A stretch of DNA of 64,000 nt from Octopus sinensis (GCF_006345805.1 NC_043007.1:25358001-25422000), one strand, 5' to 3'. Counted from the stretch's first letter, positions 48,419-61,582 are shown. Numbers and translations: made by a program. Notes: generated by a model not told the origin, from the letters alone.

Positions 48419-50057
48419 GTGGGTGGGTGAGAAGGATTTGTAGAGAAAACACCTTGGGAAAACGTGTTTTGGTTGTGAAACAAAGGTGATTGTTCTTTTT
48501 TTTTGGGGGGGGGGTTATTTGAGCTATCGCAATAAAGGCCATACTGGAGTACCACATTTTGTAAGTCTGTATGTATGTATGTATGTATACATACACAGAC
48601 ACACGCACATAGATACAAGTGTTTGTATATATAATTGTGTGTGTGTGTGTGTGTGTGAACAATAAGTGACGTGAAATCCAATAACAAATTCTTCGAGAAT
48701 CTTCAGGCTTTTAATACACCTATGCTATGTGTCTGCTAAGCAATTTATTCCTTCTTGCTTGTAAACACACGCTCATCAGTAAACACACACACACACACAC
48801 ACAACACATACACACACATATATACACACGCTCATCAGTAAACACACACACACATACACACATATACACACACACATACACACACACATACACACACACA
48901 CATACACACACACATATACGCACACACACATACACACACACATACACACACATACACACATACACACACATACACACATACAACACACACACACACACAC
49001 ACAGAGTTTTAAACTATTTTTTGAATGAGGTCTGCTCTCATTCATTTAAATTGCTTTTATTTATTTATTTATTTATGGAAAGAAATTGTTATTATTTTAA
49101 GATGTTCGGGGAATTATTTACGTTAGTTTCGGAGTTGAGCGGAGACACATACTGTACATAAAAATGCTAAAACTGTTTCTGAGCGAAAAATGTTTATTGT
49201 TTCGAAGAGGCCGCTTGTATGTGAAGAAATAGCTTTTGTTATTGAAGCTTTGTCACCACCACCATCATCATGATCATCATCATCATCATCAACATCATCA
49301 CCCTCGGCGAGCCAGTCTCTCTACGTAGTCGCTTGGTCTGCTAAAAATAGCCACTAAATCTCCCTGCTGACTTGCAAACGTAAGACATAGCCAGTGTCTC
49401 TGAGAAGGATGCAGTGGCCATGGCTGGAATGCCTTTTCACTATATAGGCTTTCTCAGTGACGAATATCATCATCTCGTCCAGTCGTCGTCATCATCATCA
49501 TTCATCATCATCATCCTAACCATCCTCTTTCTCACCATCAGTCATCACTACCACCATCCTTTTCTTCGTCATCATCATCATCATCGTCATCATTAACACC
49601 ACCATCAATCATCACTACCAGCATCATTCTCGTCGTCCTCGTCATCATCATCATCGTCGTCGTCATCATCATCATCGTCATCATCGTCGTCATCATCATC
49701 ATCATCATCATCCTAACCATCCTCTTTCTCACTATCAATCATCACTACCAGCATCATTCTCGTCGTCATCATCCATCATCATCCTCCTCCTCCTCATCAT
49801 TCATCGTCTCTATTTGTCTTTGTAAGAAATCCTCAATGATTTTTGTTAAAGAAACTACAAGAATGTTCGTTTCGTTTTGGTCAGTACTAAATGAAAATGA
49901 AGAACAAAGGAAACGATAAAGAATCTCTGATATTTGGTACCAGTGTGCTTGTCGCGATGTATGGCATCGACCACAGTATTTGACTGGTATTTTTACCAGG
50001 CCTACAAAGGCGAAGTCCGATCTTTTACAAGAAACGCATTTATCTATTTATTTATAA

Positions 50058-50683
50058 TAATAATAATAATCCTTTCTACTATAGGCACAAGGCCTGAAAT
50101 TTGGTGGGATGGGGACTAGTCTAGTACATCGACTCCAGTGCTCAATTGGTACTTAATTTATTGACCCTGAAAGGATGAAAGGCAAAGTCAACCTCCGCGG
50201 AATTTGAACGCAGAATGTAAGGACGGACGAAATGCCGCTAAGCATTTTGCCCGTCGTGCTAACGATTCTGCCAGCTCACCGCCTTAATAATAATAATAAT
50301 CCTTTCTACTAAAGGCACAAGGCCTGAAATCTGGTGGGGGGGGGAAGGAGACTAGTCTATTACGTCGACCCCAGTGTTTCACTGGTACTTAATTTATTGA
50401 CCCTGAAAGCATGAAAGGCATAGTCAACCTCGGCGGAATTTGAACGCAGAACGTAATGATAACCTTTTAAGCCAACCAGCCACAAGGATATCCCACCTGG
50501 GTTGTAAGGAACACGGTTGATTAAAATATTCTCGGTATTTGAGGTCGACTTTGCCTTTCATCCTTTCGGGGTCGATTAAATAAGTACCAGTTACGCACTG
50601 GGGTCGATATAATCGACTTAATCCCTTTGTCTGTCCTTGTTTGTCCCCTCTATGTTTAGCCCCTTGTGGGCAATAAAGAAATA
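50058..50683. mobile_element. Family C SINEs: two tail-2 copies (50058-50455, -) and one 5'-truncated copy (50543-50683, +)
   Basis: Nin-like core; the last copy has TSD ggtatttga (50534-42 / 50684-92). Confidence 0.8.
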
Positions 50684-51254
50684 GGTATTTGATTAACGGT
50701 GGTTGTAATTGTATGACGAACTTAGAACATGTGACAAAATTCTTGACTTCTTCCTGCTTCTCTCGCAACAGAGTTATGCTCTTTCTTTTTCCCCTCTCTT
50801 CATTATATTTTGTTTCTGTTTTTAGTTCATTCCAATCCTCCACTCTTTCCCTTCTCTTCTGGTTATTTTATCGCCATCCATTCTCATTGTATATATGTAT
50901 GTGTTCGCTTAATCTCTCCTCCGTATCACTCTGTTTCTTTCTTATTCTCTCTCTCCCCATTGAGAAGGTCCGTGAAAGACCACGTAACAACCTCGCAGTA
51001 TCTTTTCCCCCCCAACCAACAGAAATGGAGTAGGGTTGATTGAACGTGTGGATAGCGACCTCTCTCTACTCATAGAAAAAAAAAAACTGCTAAGCTACTG
51101 GAACCGTCCAAGGACGGATCGATCGATGTGCATGTAAGTGTACTACAGAACGGAAATGAAGTAAGATGATTTATAGTGAAGACAAGTGCTGTATTCTGCT
51201 CCCTGTAAAGTTTATTTCGGCTCTTATATACCGATTAATCATAAAACATACTTC

Positions 51255-51683
51255 GGCAATCTTTCGTCTCTAGTAGACCTTTCCGTCGATTTCCGTAAAA
51301 AAAATTTTTTTTTTTACATATGGGCTTGCGGGAACTTTTGAAGTAATGAGAGCGAAAGAGACTAAGAGAAAGCGATTGTATGACGAGGGAAGTTCTTTTG
51401 AAGTTACCGTGCATGTGAAGCATTGATGTACATGTGTGCGTGTGTGTGTTTGATGGGGTGTGGGAGACAGACAGTATGTTGTGTAAGTGAAGTGCTTCTG
51501 TTAGTGTGTGTGAAGAGACAGAGAGAGTAATGTGTGAAAGAGAGAGATAACTGAAATTTTTTACTCGGTGTATGTGTATATGTATGTATATTACTTCAAA
51601 AGTTCCCGCAAGCCCATATGTAAAAAAAAAAAAAAATTTTTACGGAAATCGACGAAAAGGTCTACTAGAGACGAAAGATCGCC
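51255..51683. mobile_element. MITE with 93-bp TIRs and 8-bp TSD (Merlin- or MULE-like)
   Basis: TIRs 51255-51347 / 51590-51683 starting GGC(A/G)ATCTTTCG; perfect TSD catacttc at 51247-54 and 51684-91. Confidence 0.8.
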
Positions 51684-52719
51684 CATACTTCACATATACA
51701 ATACCGGACCTCTCATCCGGCTTCCAAAAACTCGGATATACTCTGCAATATCATACATTGAGTAAACAGACCTTATTTTCGAAGTTGGTTAATTTGCATC
51801 CGGTCTGTTAAAAATAGTTGTGTTCCTTATTTTTTTTTTTTTGAAGGGGATTGATAAAAATTAAACGTACTCTGCTTTAGAGCTGTATTAATTTGTATCT
51901 GTAACTGTTAAATAAAATCGTATCCTTTCCTTCATTTAACTTTCATCCTATAAATATTATACTGTATACAATATTATACTGCATGATGTATTTCCAGTGG
52001 ATTAATAAATATCAAACAGACCCGCTTTTAGAAAAATATTAATTCGATTCTGTCAAATACAATTTAGCTCTCCACTTTTCACACACAGTTTTATTCTACA
52101 TTTTACGAATATATTTAGACCGTCTCCAGAAAACCGGAAAATCCAGGAATCCAGGAGACTTCCGGCTTCAAGCTTGCTGGATAATTGGTTCGGTACCGTT
52201 TAGAAATATATATATATATACACACATACACACATTGCACCAGCCCATAAACATAGCTATCTCTCTCTGTTATAGTTCACAGTTCACTACACTGTACTCA
52301 AATCACACTGACTCCCACTAGACGTACACACAACCGTTCATACTCCACGTTGTGTGAAATTGCGCAGGCCCATGCAAAGTGTAGTGGCTGGAGGTCCAGC
52401 CTCGACGTGAAATGTAGGGACCATTCAAACTGCTCATTAAGTATTTTAGTTTACCAGTGTTAATTAAATACATATGATCTGTGTATGGCTTTAATAAGCT
52501 ATACATGGGAAGTTTTATGCAATCGGTTTTATTACAAGTAACAATAGAATTAAAAAAAAAAAAAAAGGTTTGTTAAAAAGAAAAGGTAGTTTTTTTTTTT
52601 TGTTTATCGAAGGGTCCCCTACTCTATTTTCCCGTCCGACAGTAGGACTTCTCAAAATCGTAGGCCTGTGCCGACTGACCCATCTCCACTTCCCTCCATC
52701 CTGTTTTTGCCTTACTACA

Positions 52720-52760
52720 CACACACACACACACATAAAGTCTGTCTGTCTGTCTGTCTA

Positions 52761-52821
<61 letters not shown>

Positions 52822-52843
52822 GTCTCTCTCTCTCTCTCTCTCC

Positions 52844-52875
<32 letters not shown>

Positions 52876-53697
52876 ACTGCAGCATGTTTCTCTAACTGAT
52901 ACATTTCAATACTTCCCCACCACCGGCACTCAAAAATATATCTGAGATTTTTTTGCCCCAACTGCCCCCTTCTTATAAATTAATGAGAAGACAAAATTAA
53001 AGTTTTGCATCCATAACACTCACTCTTCGTTCTTCGCCGTTGTTGTTGTTGTTGTTGGACAGCAATTGATTCCACCCCCCACCCCACCACACACCCTTTT
53101 TTTATTGCAATCTTCACAGCCTCTTCCCCCTCATCTCATGTGCCCTCGCTGCACCGTACCAAAACCACACTTACTCACCTTCATCCACACACATCACAGG
53201 CGTAAATTCTATAAGGAGCTAACAAATTGATGTTTCCTTCCTTTCCTTTCTTTCTTCTTCTTCTTTCTTTCTTTCTTTCTTTCCCATCCCCTCTACCGCC
53301 CTCCCTTTCTTCCTTCCTTCTCTGCTGTCCTTGGAAGTCTTCAGACACAAAACCTTGTTTTTGTACCCTTGGTAACCGATCCCCCACCCCCCTTCACATC
53401 CATGCACCCCGCCTCACATCCATCCACCCCCACCCCATATCTGCTTTCTCCCTTTGCCTTGTTCTGTATCTAATTACAAATCCCTTATCTTTCTTTTCTC
53501 CACCCCATTTGCGAGTCTGCACCCTGGTACACTCACGATATGTGAAAGTGTGTGTGTGTAACATCATACACACATGCATTCGTATACATGACGATTTTAT
53601 GTATGTATGTCTTTATATGTATATATATATATGGTGTGGTGTGTTGTGTATATATATGTATGTGTGTGTGTGTGTATATATATGTATGTGTCTGTGG

Positions 53698-53739
<42 letters not shown>

Positions 53740-54110
53740 GAAAAATTCTAGAAAATTTTTTTTCTAGAATTATTTTTGCTACCCTAAAATTTATATGTAT
53801 ATATGTATGTCTTTATATGTATATATATATATGTGTGTGTATATATGTATGTGTCTGTGTGTCTATATTATATATATATATATGTATGTCTTTATATGTA
53901 TATATATATATGTGTGTATATATGTATGTGTCTGTGTGTCTCTCTCTATATATATATGTATATATGTATGTGTGTCTTTATATGTATATATATGTGTGTG
54001 TGTGTGTGTATATATGTATGTGTCTGTGTGTTTATATGTAGGTATGTGTATACATGAGTGTGTGTATATATATATATTATATATATATATACATATTGCA
54101 CACGCGCACA
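52720..54110. repeat. Microsatellite field (TCTG, CT, TA/TG)
   Basis: Seen directly, with unique spacers. Confidence 0.85.
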
Positions 54111-54358
54111 CGAGTGTTGGTGGGTAAAATCCGTGTTCCCCTACCCCCTATCAGATAAAAATGTTTCTCTCTCCCCTCCTCCAACGTCCATGTTATCGCC
54201 TGTTCCCAAACCTTAGTAGCAAACCTATTTTACCTACACTACACCCTACCGTCTTGAGTAACTAACGCCGAATACCCGGCTCCCTTTCAATTACTACGTA
54301 CCCTCTTTAGTAGCCGCCTAAGACCTCCTCACTCTCTGTCTGTCTGTCTGTCTGTCTC

Positions 54359-54392
<34 letters not shown>

Positions 54393-54534
54393 ACGTCACT
54401 ATTCCTCGCACTTTTGAGCCCCGCATCGTTGTACTCCCTTGTCACCACCTTTTCCGGCATTTGTATTCCACACTTCCCCAATCTTCCCTACGTCCGCTTA
54501 GGGACAGCACTGTGGATTTTTCTCTTAACATGAC

Positions 54535-55359
54535 GGGCGTGGCCGCCTTGGTTAAGAGGTTTGCTTCTCAACTATGTGATCCTGGTTTCAGTCCCATTGC
54601 GCGGCACTTTGGGGGAAGTGCCTTCTTTTATAGCTTCGACACTGAACAAGGCCTTGTGAGTGAATATGATAGCTGGAAACTGAAAGAAACCTGTCGTTTG
54701 TAGGGCGTGGCTGCTTGGTTAAGAGGTTTGCTTCTCAACTATGTGACCCTGGTTTCAGTCCCATTGCGCGGCACTTTGGGGGAAGTGCCTTCTTTTATAG
54801 CTTCGACACCGAACAAGGCCTTGTGAGTGAATATGATAGCTGGAAACTGAAAGAAACCTGTCGTTTGTAGGGCGTGGCTGCTTGGTTAAGAGGTTTGCTT
54901 CTCAACTATGTGACCCTGGTTTCAGTCCCATTGCGCGGCACTTTGGGGGAAGTGCCTTCTTTTATAGCTTCGACACCGAACAAGGCCTTGTGAGTGAATA
55001 TGATAGCTGGAAACTGAAAAAACCTGTCGTTTGTAGGGCGTGGCTGCTTGTTAAGAGGTTTGCTTCTCAACTATGTGACCCTGGTTTCAGTCCCATTGCG
55101 CGGCACTTTGGGGGAAGTGCCTTCTTTTATAGCTTCGACACCGAACAAGGCCTTGTGAGTGAATAATAGCTGGAAACTGAAAGAACCTGTTGTTTGTAGG
55201 GCGTGGCTGCTTGGTTAGAGTTTGCTTCTCAACTATGTGATCTGGTTTCAGTCCCATTGCGCGGCAGTTTGGGGGAAGTGCCTTCTTTTATAGCTTCGAC
55301 ACCGAACAAGGCCTTGTGAGTGAATATGATAGCTGGAAACTGAAAGAAACCTGTCGTTT
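54535..55359 (+). repeat. Five-unit tandem array (163-168 bp) derived from a diverged family A SINE head
   Basis: Units start at 54535, 54703, 54870, 55036, 55199; nearly identical to each other. Confidence 0.9.
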
Positions 55360-55398
55360 ATATGTATGTATGCATGTACGTTCGCTTTCTCTTTTTAA

Positions 55399-55793
55399 TC
55401 TCTCTATATATAAAGCTGAAGTTGTCTGTGTATGGCAGGTTTGGTAGCCTTCAACTAACACTATCTCCTCCGAGACACTGCGGCGCAAGTTGACCAAAAT
55501 TGAGAGTATGATAGAAGAAGGCTTGTTCTTCATTCCGTAGAAGAAAAAATTCAAATCGGACCATGTTAACACCAAAAATTATTTACATCAAAAGGGTGCT
55601 TTTTTTTCTATGAAAATCCCCATTTTTTTACGATTTTTTTGACTGCTGTGTTGCCATTTTTCGGTGTATATCAACCAGAAAAATGTTCACCTAAAGAGAA
55701 TAACAAGCTACATAATGCAAAATTTTTACTTTTCAAAAATTCCAATTCTAAAGGTTCGAAACAAACCCGAGCAACGCCGGGCGATACTGCTAG
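55399..55793 (+). mobile_element. Full-length non-autonomous Helitron (395 bp)
   Basis: A|TCTCTCTATATATAAAG ... CCCGAGCAACGCCGGG hairpin (55766-81), CTAG|T. Confidence 0.85.
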
Positions 55794-56414
55794 TTCAGAA
55801 TAAATTTTGATCGGTCAGCTGCTTGGTGCAGGAAAGCATCTTGCTTCGTTCATCATCCTTTAAATCTTAAGAAGGTCTTGCAGATTTGTATAATCCCATT
55901 TATCGCGATCATTTATAGTGTACGAATTTAGGATTTGCGTTCTCTCCCATCAAACCCAAGTTCAGCCATACTCTGCTCCTGGCGGGTTGGTATGTATGTA
56001 GAGTCACAGTTTTAAGCCAATTAGATTTGTTTTAAATTGGGCCCCTTGCCAAGAGGGGGTCCCGTGCACACGATCAAACGGAGGACACCATAACGAATTT
56101 TTAATTTATCATTGTGGATAATGGTGGAGACTCGATCCCTCAACTCTTTTTGGCTGGAACTGGCGTACTACACGTAGCATAGAACATCTATCTTCAGCTT
56201 TTGTAGAGGGCTGTGCTAACCATTTTCCAATTGGGCCCCGCACTTCCTAGGACCGGCCTTCTATGTACGATCCTGCTACCCCAATAATAATAGGTGTGGA
56301 GCTAAAAGTGTTTATTGGGTACTTGATTTGTAAACGCCTTATCAATGGTCCCTATGTATGTATGTATGTATGTATGTATGTATGTATGTATGTATGTATG
56401 TATGTATGTATGTA

Positions 56415-56454
<40 letters not shown>

Positions 56455-56522
56455 TACGTACGTACGTACGTACGTTCGTACTTATTTGCGTTAGTGCTTG
56501 TACTCCACCACCGCTTGGTGAA

Positions 56523-56827
56523 GGCGCCTGGCTTAGTGGTTAGGGTATTCGGCTCACGATGGAAAGGTTGTGAGTTCGATACCCGACGACGCGTTGTACC
56601 CTAGAGCAAGACACTTTGTTTCACGTTCATTCAGCTAACAAAAAAATGAGTAGGGTCTGTATTTCAAAGAACCAGCCTTGCTGAATCTCTCTTAGAACTA
56701 CGTTATGGGTTCACGTGTCTGCGGAATACTCAGCCACTTGCACCATTAACTTCACGAGCATACTGTTCCGTCGATCATCTGGAAACATCTGGGACCCTCG
56801 TCGCCATAACCGAACCGACTGAGTGCC
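56523..56827 (+). mobile_element. SINE head F + tail Y
   Basis: tRNA-like head with GTTCGATACCC; tail ..TGTATTTCAAAG..GGAACCCTCGTCG-like. Confidence 0.75.
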
Positions 56828-57362
56828 GTTTACCACCGCTTGAAAACCAGTGCTGGTTTGTCTACGTCCTTATACCTTAGCCGTTCAGCCAAACGGATCC
56901 GAGAGAATAAGTGTTTCATTAAAAACGCTTCAAGGCGGTGCCCTAGCACAGAACTAAAAACAGGCCACTGACAAAGCGGCAAATTTCTGTTATATGCGTA
57001 TACATTTGTGTTAGTTGACAAGCTGTTGTGGATGTGCATGTCACTTCAATACATAAGTGTGTGTGTGTGTGTGTGTACGTCAGTGTACTTCAATACTGTT
57101 TACCGTGTGTCTGCCTGCTTGTATTCCTTATTTATATGCGAACGCGTCCAGCCCAGGAATTCTCAAATAGGGAATCCCTGAAATGTTTTACAAATTTTCG
57201 CTGTTATCAAATATCGATCGCTTGTATTTGGCGAAAGCAAATTATTTTGCCTTTGATATTTCTTGGAGAATCCCCAGGATTTTTCGGCTTTTATGTAAAT
57301 CTGTTGTTACATAGCACAGTGCACCTATAATAATTGTTACAAATGAATATCTTTCGCCTATA

Positions 57363-57765
57363 GGCGTAGGAGTGGCTGTGTGGTAAGTAGCTTGCTTACG
57401 CACCACATGGTTCCGGGTTCATTCCCACTGCATGGCACCTTGGGCAAGTGTCTTCTACTATAGCCTCAGGCCGACCAAGACCTTGTGAGTGGATTTGGTA
57501 GACGGAAACTGAAAGAAGCCCGCCGTGTATACAAACATATGTATGTATGTATGTATGCATGTGTCTTTCTGTCTGTGTTCGTCCCCTCACCATCGCTTGA
57601 CAACCGATGTTGGTGTGTTTACGTCCCTGTAAATTAGCGGTTCGGTAAAAGACACCGATAGACTTACAAAGAATAAATAAGTCTTGGAGGTCGATTTGTT
57701 CAACTGAAACCCTTCAAGGCGACGTTCCAGCATGACCGCGGTCGAATGACTGAAACAAGTAAAGA
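57363..57765 (+). mobile_element. Family A SINE
   Basis: Full-length copy. Confidence 0.88.
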
Positions 57766-57773
57766 AATATATC

Positions 57774-58005
57774 TATTTCTTTACTGCCCACAAGGGGCTA
57801 AACACAGAGAGGACAAACAAGGACAGATAAACGGATGATTAAGTCGATTATATCGACCCCAGTGCGTAACTGGTACTTATTTAATCGACCCCGAAAGGAT
57901 GAAAGGCAAAGTCGACCTCGGCGGAATTTGAACTCAGAACGTAACGTCAGACGAAATACGGCGACGCATTTAGCCCGGCGTGCTAACGTTTCTGCCAGCT
58001 CACCG
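57774..58005 (-). mobile_element. Family C SINE
   Basis: TSD taaagaaatatat. Confidence 0.88.
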
Positions 58006-58667
58006 TAAAGAAATATATATGTATGTATGTATGCATTGCGCAGGTGCACTCATACAAACACAGAGGCCTTAAATGTTTTGAGAAGGGCGCAAGCAATCCC
58101 TAACTCGTTTCATTCTTGCATATTGTAATGTCCTTTGCCTGCTTTGTAAACTGAGCAATAACCGTTTTCTTTATGCTCGGCATTATTCCCATTTCGCATC
58201 ATAACATTTACTTGGAAAGATTTAGGTTCGTCTCTCGTGGGATATATTTAATGATTATGTATGTATGCAGGCGAAGTTATGTATTCATTTTAGTATATCT
58301 AGCCAATATTTATTTTCGAGTGTCTTTTCGCCGTAGCCGCCCGCTATCTTTCACGTTTCTGTGTATCATCTCTCTTTAACATTGAATTCATTTCCATGCT
58401 TATTTACTGAGCCCTTACGATGGACACCACTTTTACGTGGTTACTCGATCTGCTAGAAATAGCAGTCAGCTCTTTTTTCAAGTCACATTGAACTTTTGTT
58501 AAAATATACTCCTAGATACACTGTGCATAGAGCAAAAATTTAAAATAAATAAAGAACAACCTCAAACGGAATGATTTTTATTGTGGCTTAACTCAATCAG
58601 AAGTGACCTGAGATTAAACAGCGTACAAGCACGCTTACATAATACATACATACATACATACATACGT

Positions 58668-59020
58668 GGAGGCGCAAAGGCCTAGTGGTTAGGGCAGCGG
58701 ACTCGCGGTCATAGGATCGCGGTTTCGGTTCCCAGACCGGGCGTTTTGAGTGTTTATTGAGCGAAAACACCTAAAGCTCCACGGCAGGGGATGGTGGTGA
58801 TCCCTGCTGCTCTCTTTCACCACAACTTTCTCTCACTCTTACTTCCTGTTTCTGTTGTACCTGTATTTCAAAGGGCCGGCCTTGTCACTCTCTGTGTCTC
58901 GCTGAATATCCCCGAGAACTACGTTAAGGGTACACGTGTCTGTGGAGTGCTCAGCTACTTACACGTTAATTTCACGGATCAACCGGAACCCTCGTCGTCG
59001 TAACCGACGGAGTGCTTCCA
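58668..59020 (+). mobile_element. SINE head B + tail Y
   Basis: B head as at 5606-5913, but followed by the GTACCTGTATTTCAAAGGGCC.. tail. Confidence 0.8.
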
Positions 59021-59536
59021 CCATATAGATCCAATCCATCACTGGAACTGTAAGAATCTGTAAAACTTTCCAGAAGGTTATCATTTAAATATATATATGC
59101 AACTATATGCATGAGAATACATACATAAAGCAAAACATACAAATCTGCACACATACATACATGCATGCATACATACATACATACATGTGTGTGTAGGAGT
59201 CCCCACCTACTAGAAATAGTAGCTAAGTCTCATTCTTCCATCGTAAATTATTGAAGGACACAGACTATTCAGTCCACTGCTCGAAAAATATGAAATAGAA
59301 TGAAATAAATTAGGTAAAATGATGGACTGGTTGCGGATGCAATAATTGGGTTCATAGTTCTGCTCGGTCGTGGTTAATTTAGTGCTAAACTTGGACACCC
59401 CATAAAATACCCACGCAGTCACGTTTCGCTTTCCCCTGCTTCCTTCAAGACTCGTTTAAACCTTACTTTATTCTCATCCTTCTCTTTTTTATCTGTCTGT
59501 CTGTCTGTCCCATTTATTTATTTATTCATTTATTTA

Positions 59537-59942
59537 TTCTTTTATTCTTTTACTTGTTTCAGTCATTTGACTGCGGCCATGCTGGAGCACCGCCTTTAGT
59601 CGAGCAAATCGACCCCGGGACTTATTCTTTGTAAGCCCAGTACTTATTCTATCGGTCTCTTTTGCCGAACCGCTAAGTGACGGGGACGTAAACACACCAG
59701 CATCGGTTGTCAAGCAATGCTAGGGGGACAAACACAGACACACAAACGCATACATATACATATATATACACTTATATACGACAGGCTTCTTTCAGTTTCC
59801 GTCTACCAAATCCACTCACAAGGCATTGGTCGGCCCGGGGCTATAGCAGAAGACACTTGCCCAAGATGCCACGCAGTGGGACCGAACCCGGAACCATGTG
59901 GTTGGTTAGCAAGCTACTTACCACACAGCCACTCCTGCGCCT
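59537..59942 (-). mobile_element. Family A SINE
   Basis: Near-consensus copy. Confidence 0.9.
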
Positions 59943-60043
59943 ATACCGATCTTGTGATTGTTTTTCTTGGTTGTAAAAGTAGTGTCGATAAGAGACGACG
60001 TGTAAGCTGTCACGCAAACGCATTGTCACCACCACCACCACTC

Positions 60044-60268
60044 TCTCTTACTCTTTTACGTGTTCCAGTCATTTTGACTGTGGCCATACTGGAGCACCGC
60101 CTTTTAGTCTAGCAAATCGACCCCAGGACTTATTCTTTGTAAGCCTAGTACTTATTCTATCGGTGTCTCTTTTGCCGAACCGCTAAGTTACGGGGACGTA
60201 AACACACCAGCATCGGTTGTCAAGCGATGTTGGGGTGTGGGGGCGACAAACAAGACACAGAAACATAT

Positions 60269-60350
<82 letters not shown>

Positions 60351-60512
60351 TTACGACGGGCTTCTTTCAGTTTCCATCTACCAAATCCACTCACAAGGCT
60401 TTGGTCGGCCCGAGGATATAGTAGAAGACACTTGGCCAAGGTACCACGCAGTGAGACTGAACCCGGAACTATGTCGTTGGTAAGCAAGCTAACTTACCCC
60501 ACAGCCACTCCT
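60044..60512 (-). mobile_element. Family A SINE
   Basis: Full-length copy. Confidence 0.88.
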
Positions 60513-61282
60513 CCTCCTCCTCATCATCATCATCATCGTCGTCATGATGAGCGACTCCGCCCGTAATCATCATCACGGTCGTGTTCTCGAGTCAGTCTCC
60601 ATAATAATTCATCATAATCATCATCGTCGTGGTGGCCATCATCGCCGTCCTCATAATGAGCGGCTTCGTAGTCATCGCAGTCGTGTGTTCTCGAGTCAGT
60701 CAGACTCCATAATATCCCCCCACCACCACCCTACCCCCACCACCATCGTCACCCCGATCCACAACCCACGCCCTGTTATTCATCTAAAGTGTCCATATTT
60801 CATACATTTTGTGCGAATGGAATGTCGTTCCGGCTTAACACAAAGGTCTGCCTTCGTCTGGCAGATCTGTGACGAAAGACCGTTGACAATACAATGTATC
60901 TAGGACTACAAATATCCAATGTACATAGATCTCCTTGTTGTTTAACCCCAGGTTAGCTCTGATCGAGCAGATGCCTAATTTAAAAAAGGCGTTCCAGCTG
61001 TGTGATCACTCCGTCTGTATCCAGGACTCATCGTTGTCATGATGATTGGTAGGGTATAATTCAAGGGCTATTTGGTTGCTATTTCTAGCATGACGGACAG
61101 CCACGTTAGGGAGTGTATGTCTTGTCCAGGGTAACTAGCTGCCATCCATTAAAACTAGATGCCATCCAACAACGATTTTGTAAACTTGTTCAAACATTTT
61201 GATATTTGCCAGTGTCTGTCTTCTGTCTGTTCCCCTTCAATAATTCATTCATTCACAGTGTGTGTGTGTGTATACGGGCGTG

Positions 61283-61332
<50 letters not shown>

Positions 61333-61582
61333 GTATAAAAAGGAAATGAAGAAAATGCTGACAAAATAATTTAAGTAAGGGAGAGTGTATTTAATTAAAA
61401 AATCTATCAGAAAGGAACTCTATCTCTCTTAAAAAAATATCTTTGATAAGCATAACAAATGCACAACCGGTAAAAAGAACTTTCACCTAATTAAATACAC
61501 TCTCCCTACTTAAATTATTTGTCAGCATTTTCATTTCCTTTTTTTATATATCACAACTCGTGTTCCACATCTCCTTTTTTAA

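Noticed and set aside
52310-52445. Functional U1 snRNA gene
   Set aside because: The 5' splice-site pairing sequence is altered (ATACTTAATG), there is no Sm site and no stem-loop I; kept only as a weak finding.
54535-55359. CRISPR-like array (also 8952-10366 and the 61-bp repeats at 36.2 kb)
   Set aside because: Long units with no unique spacers, eukaryotic context, no cas genes.
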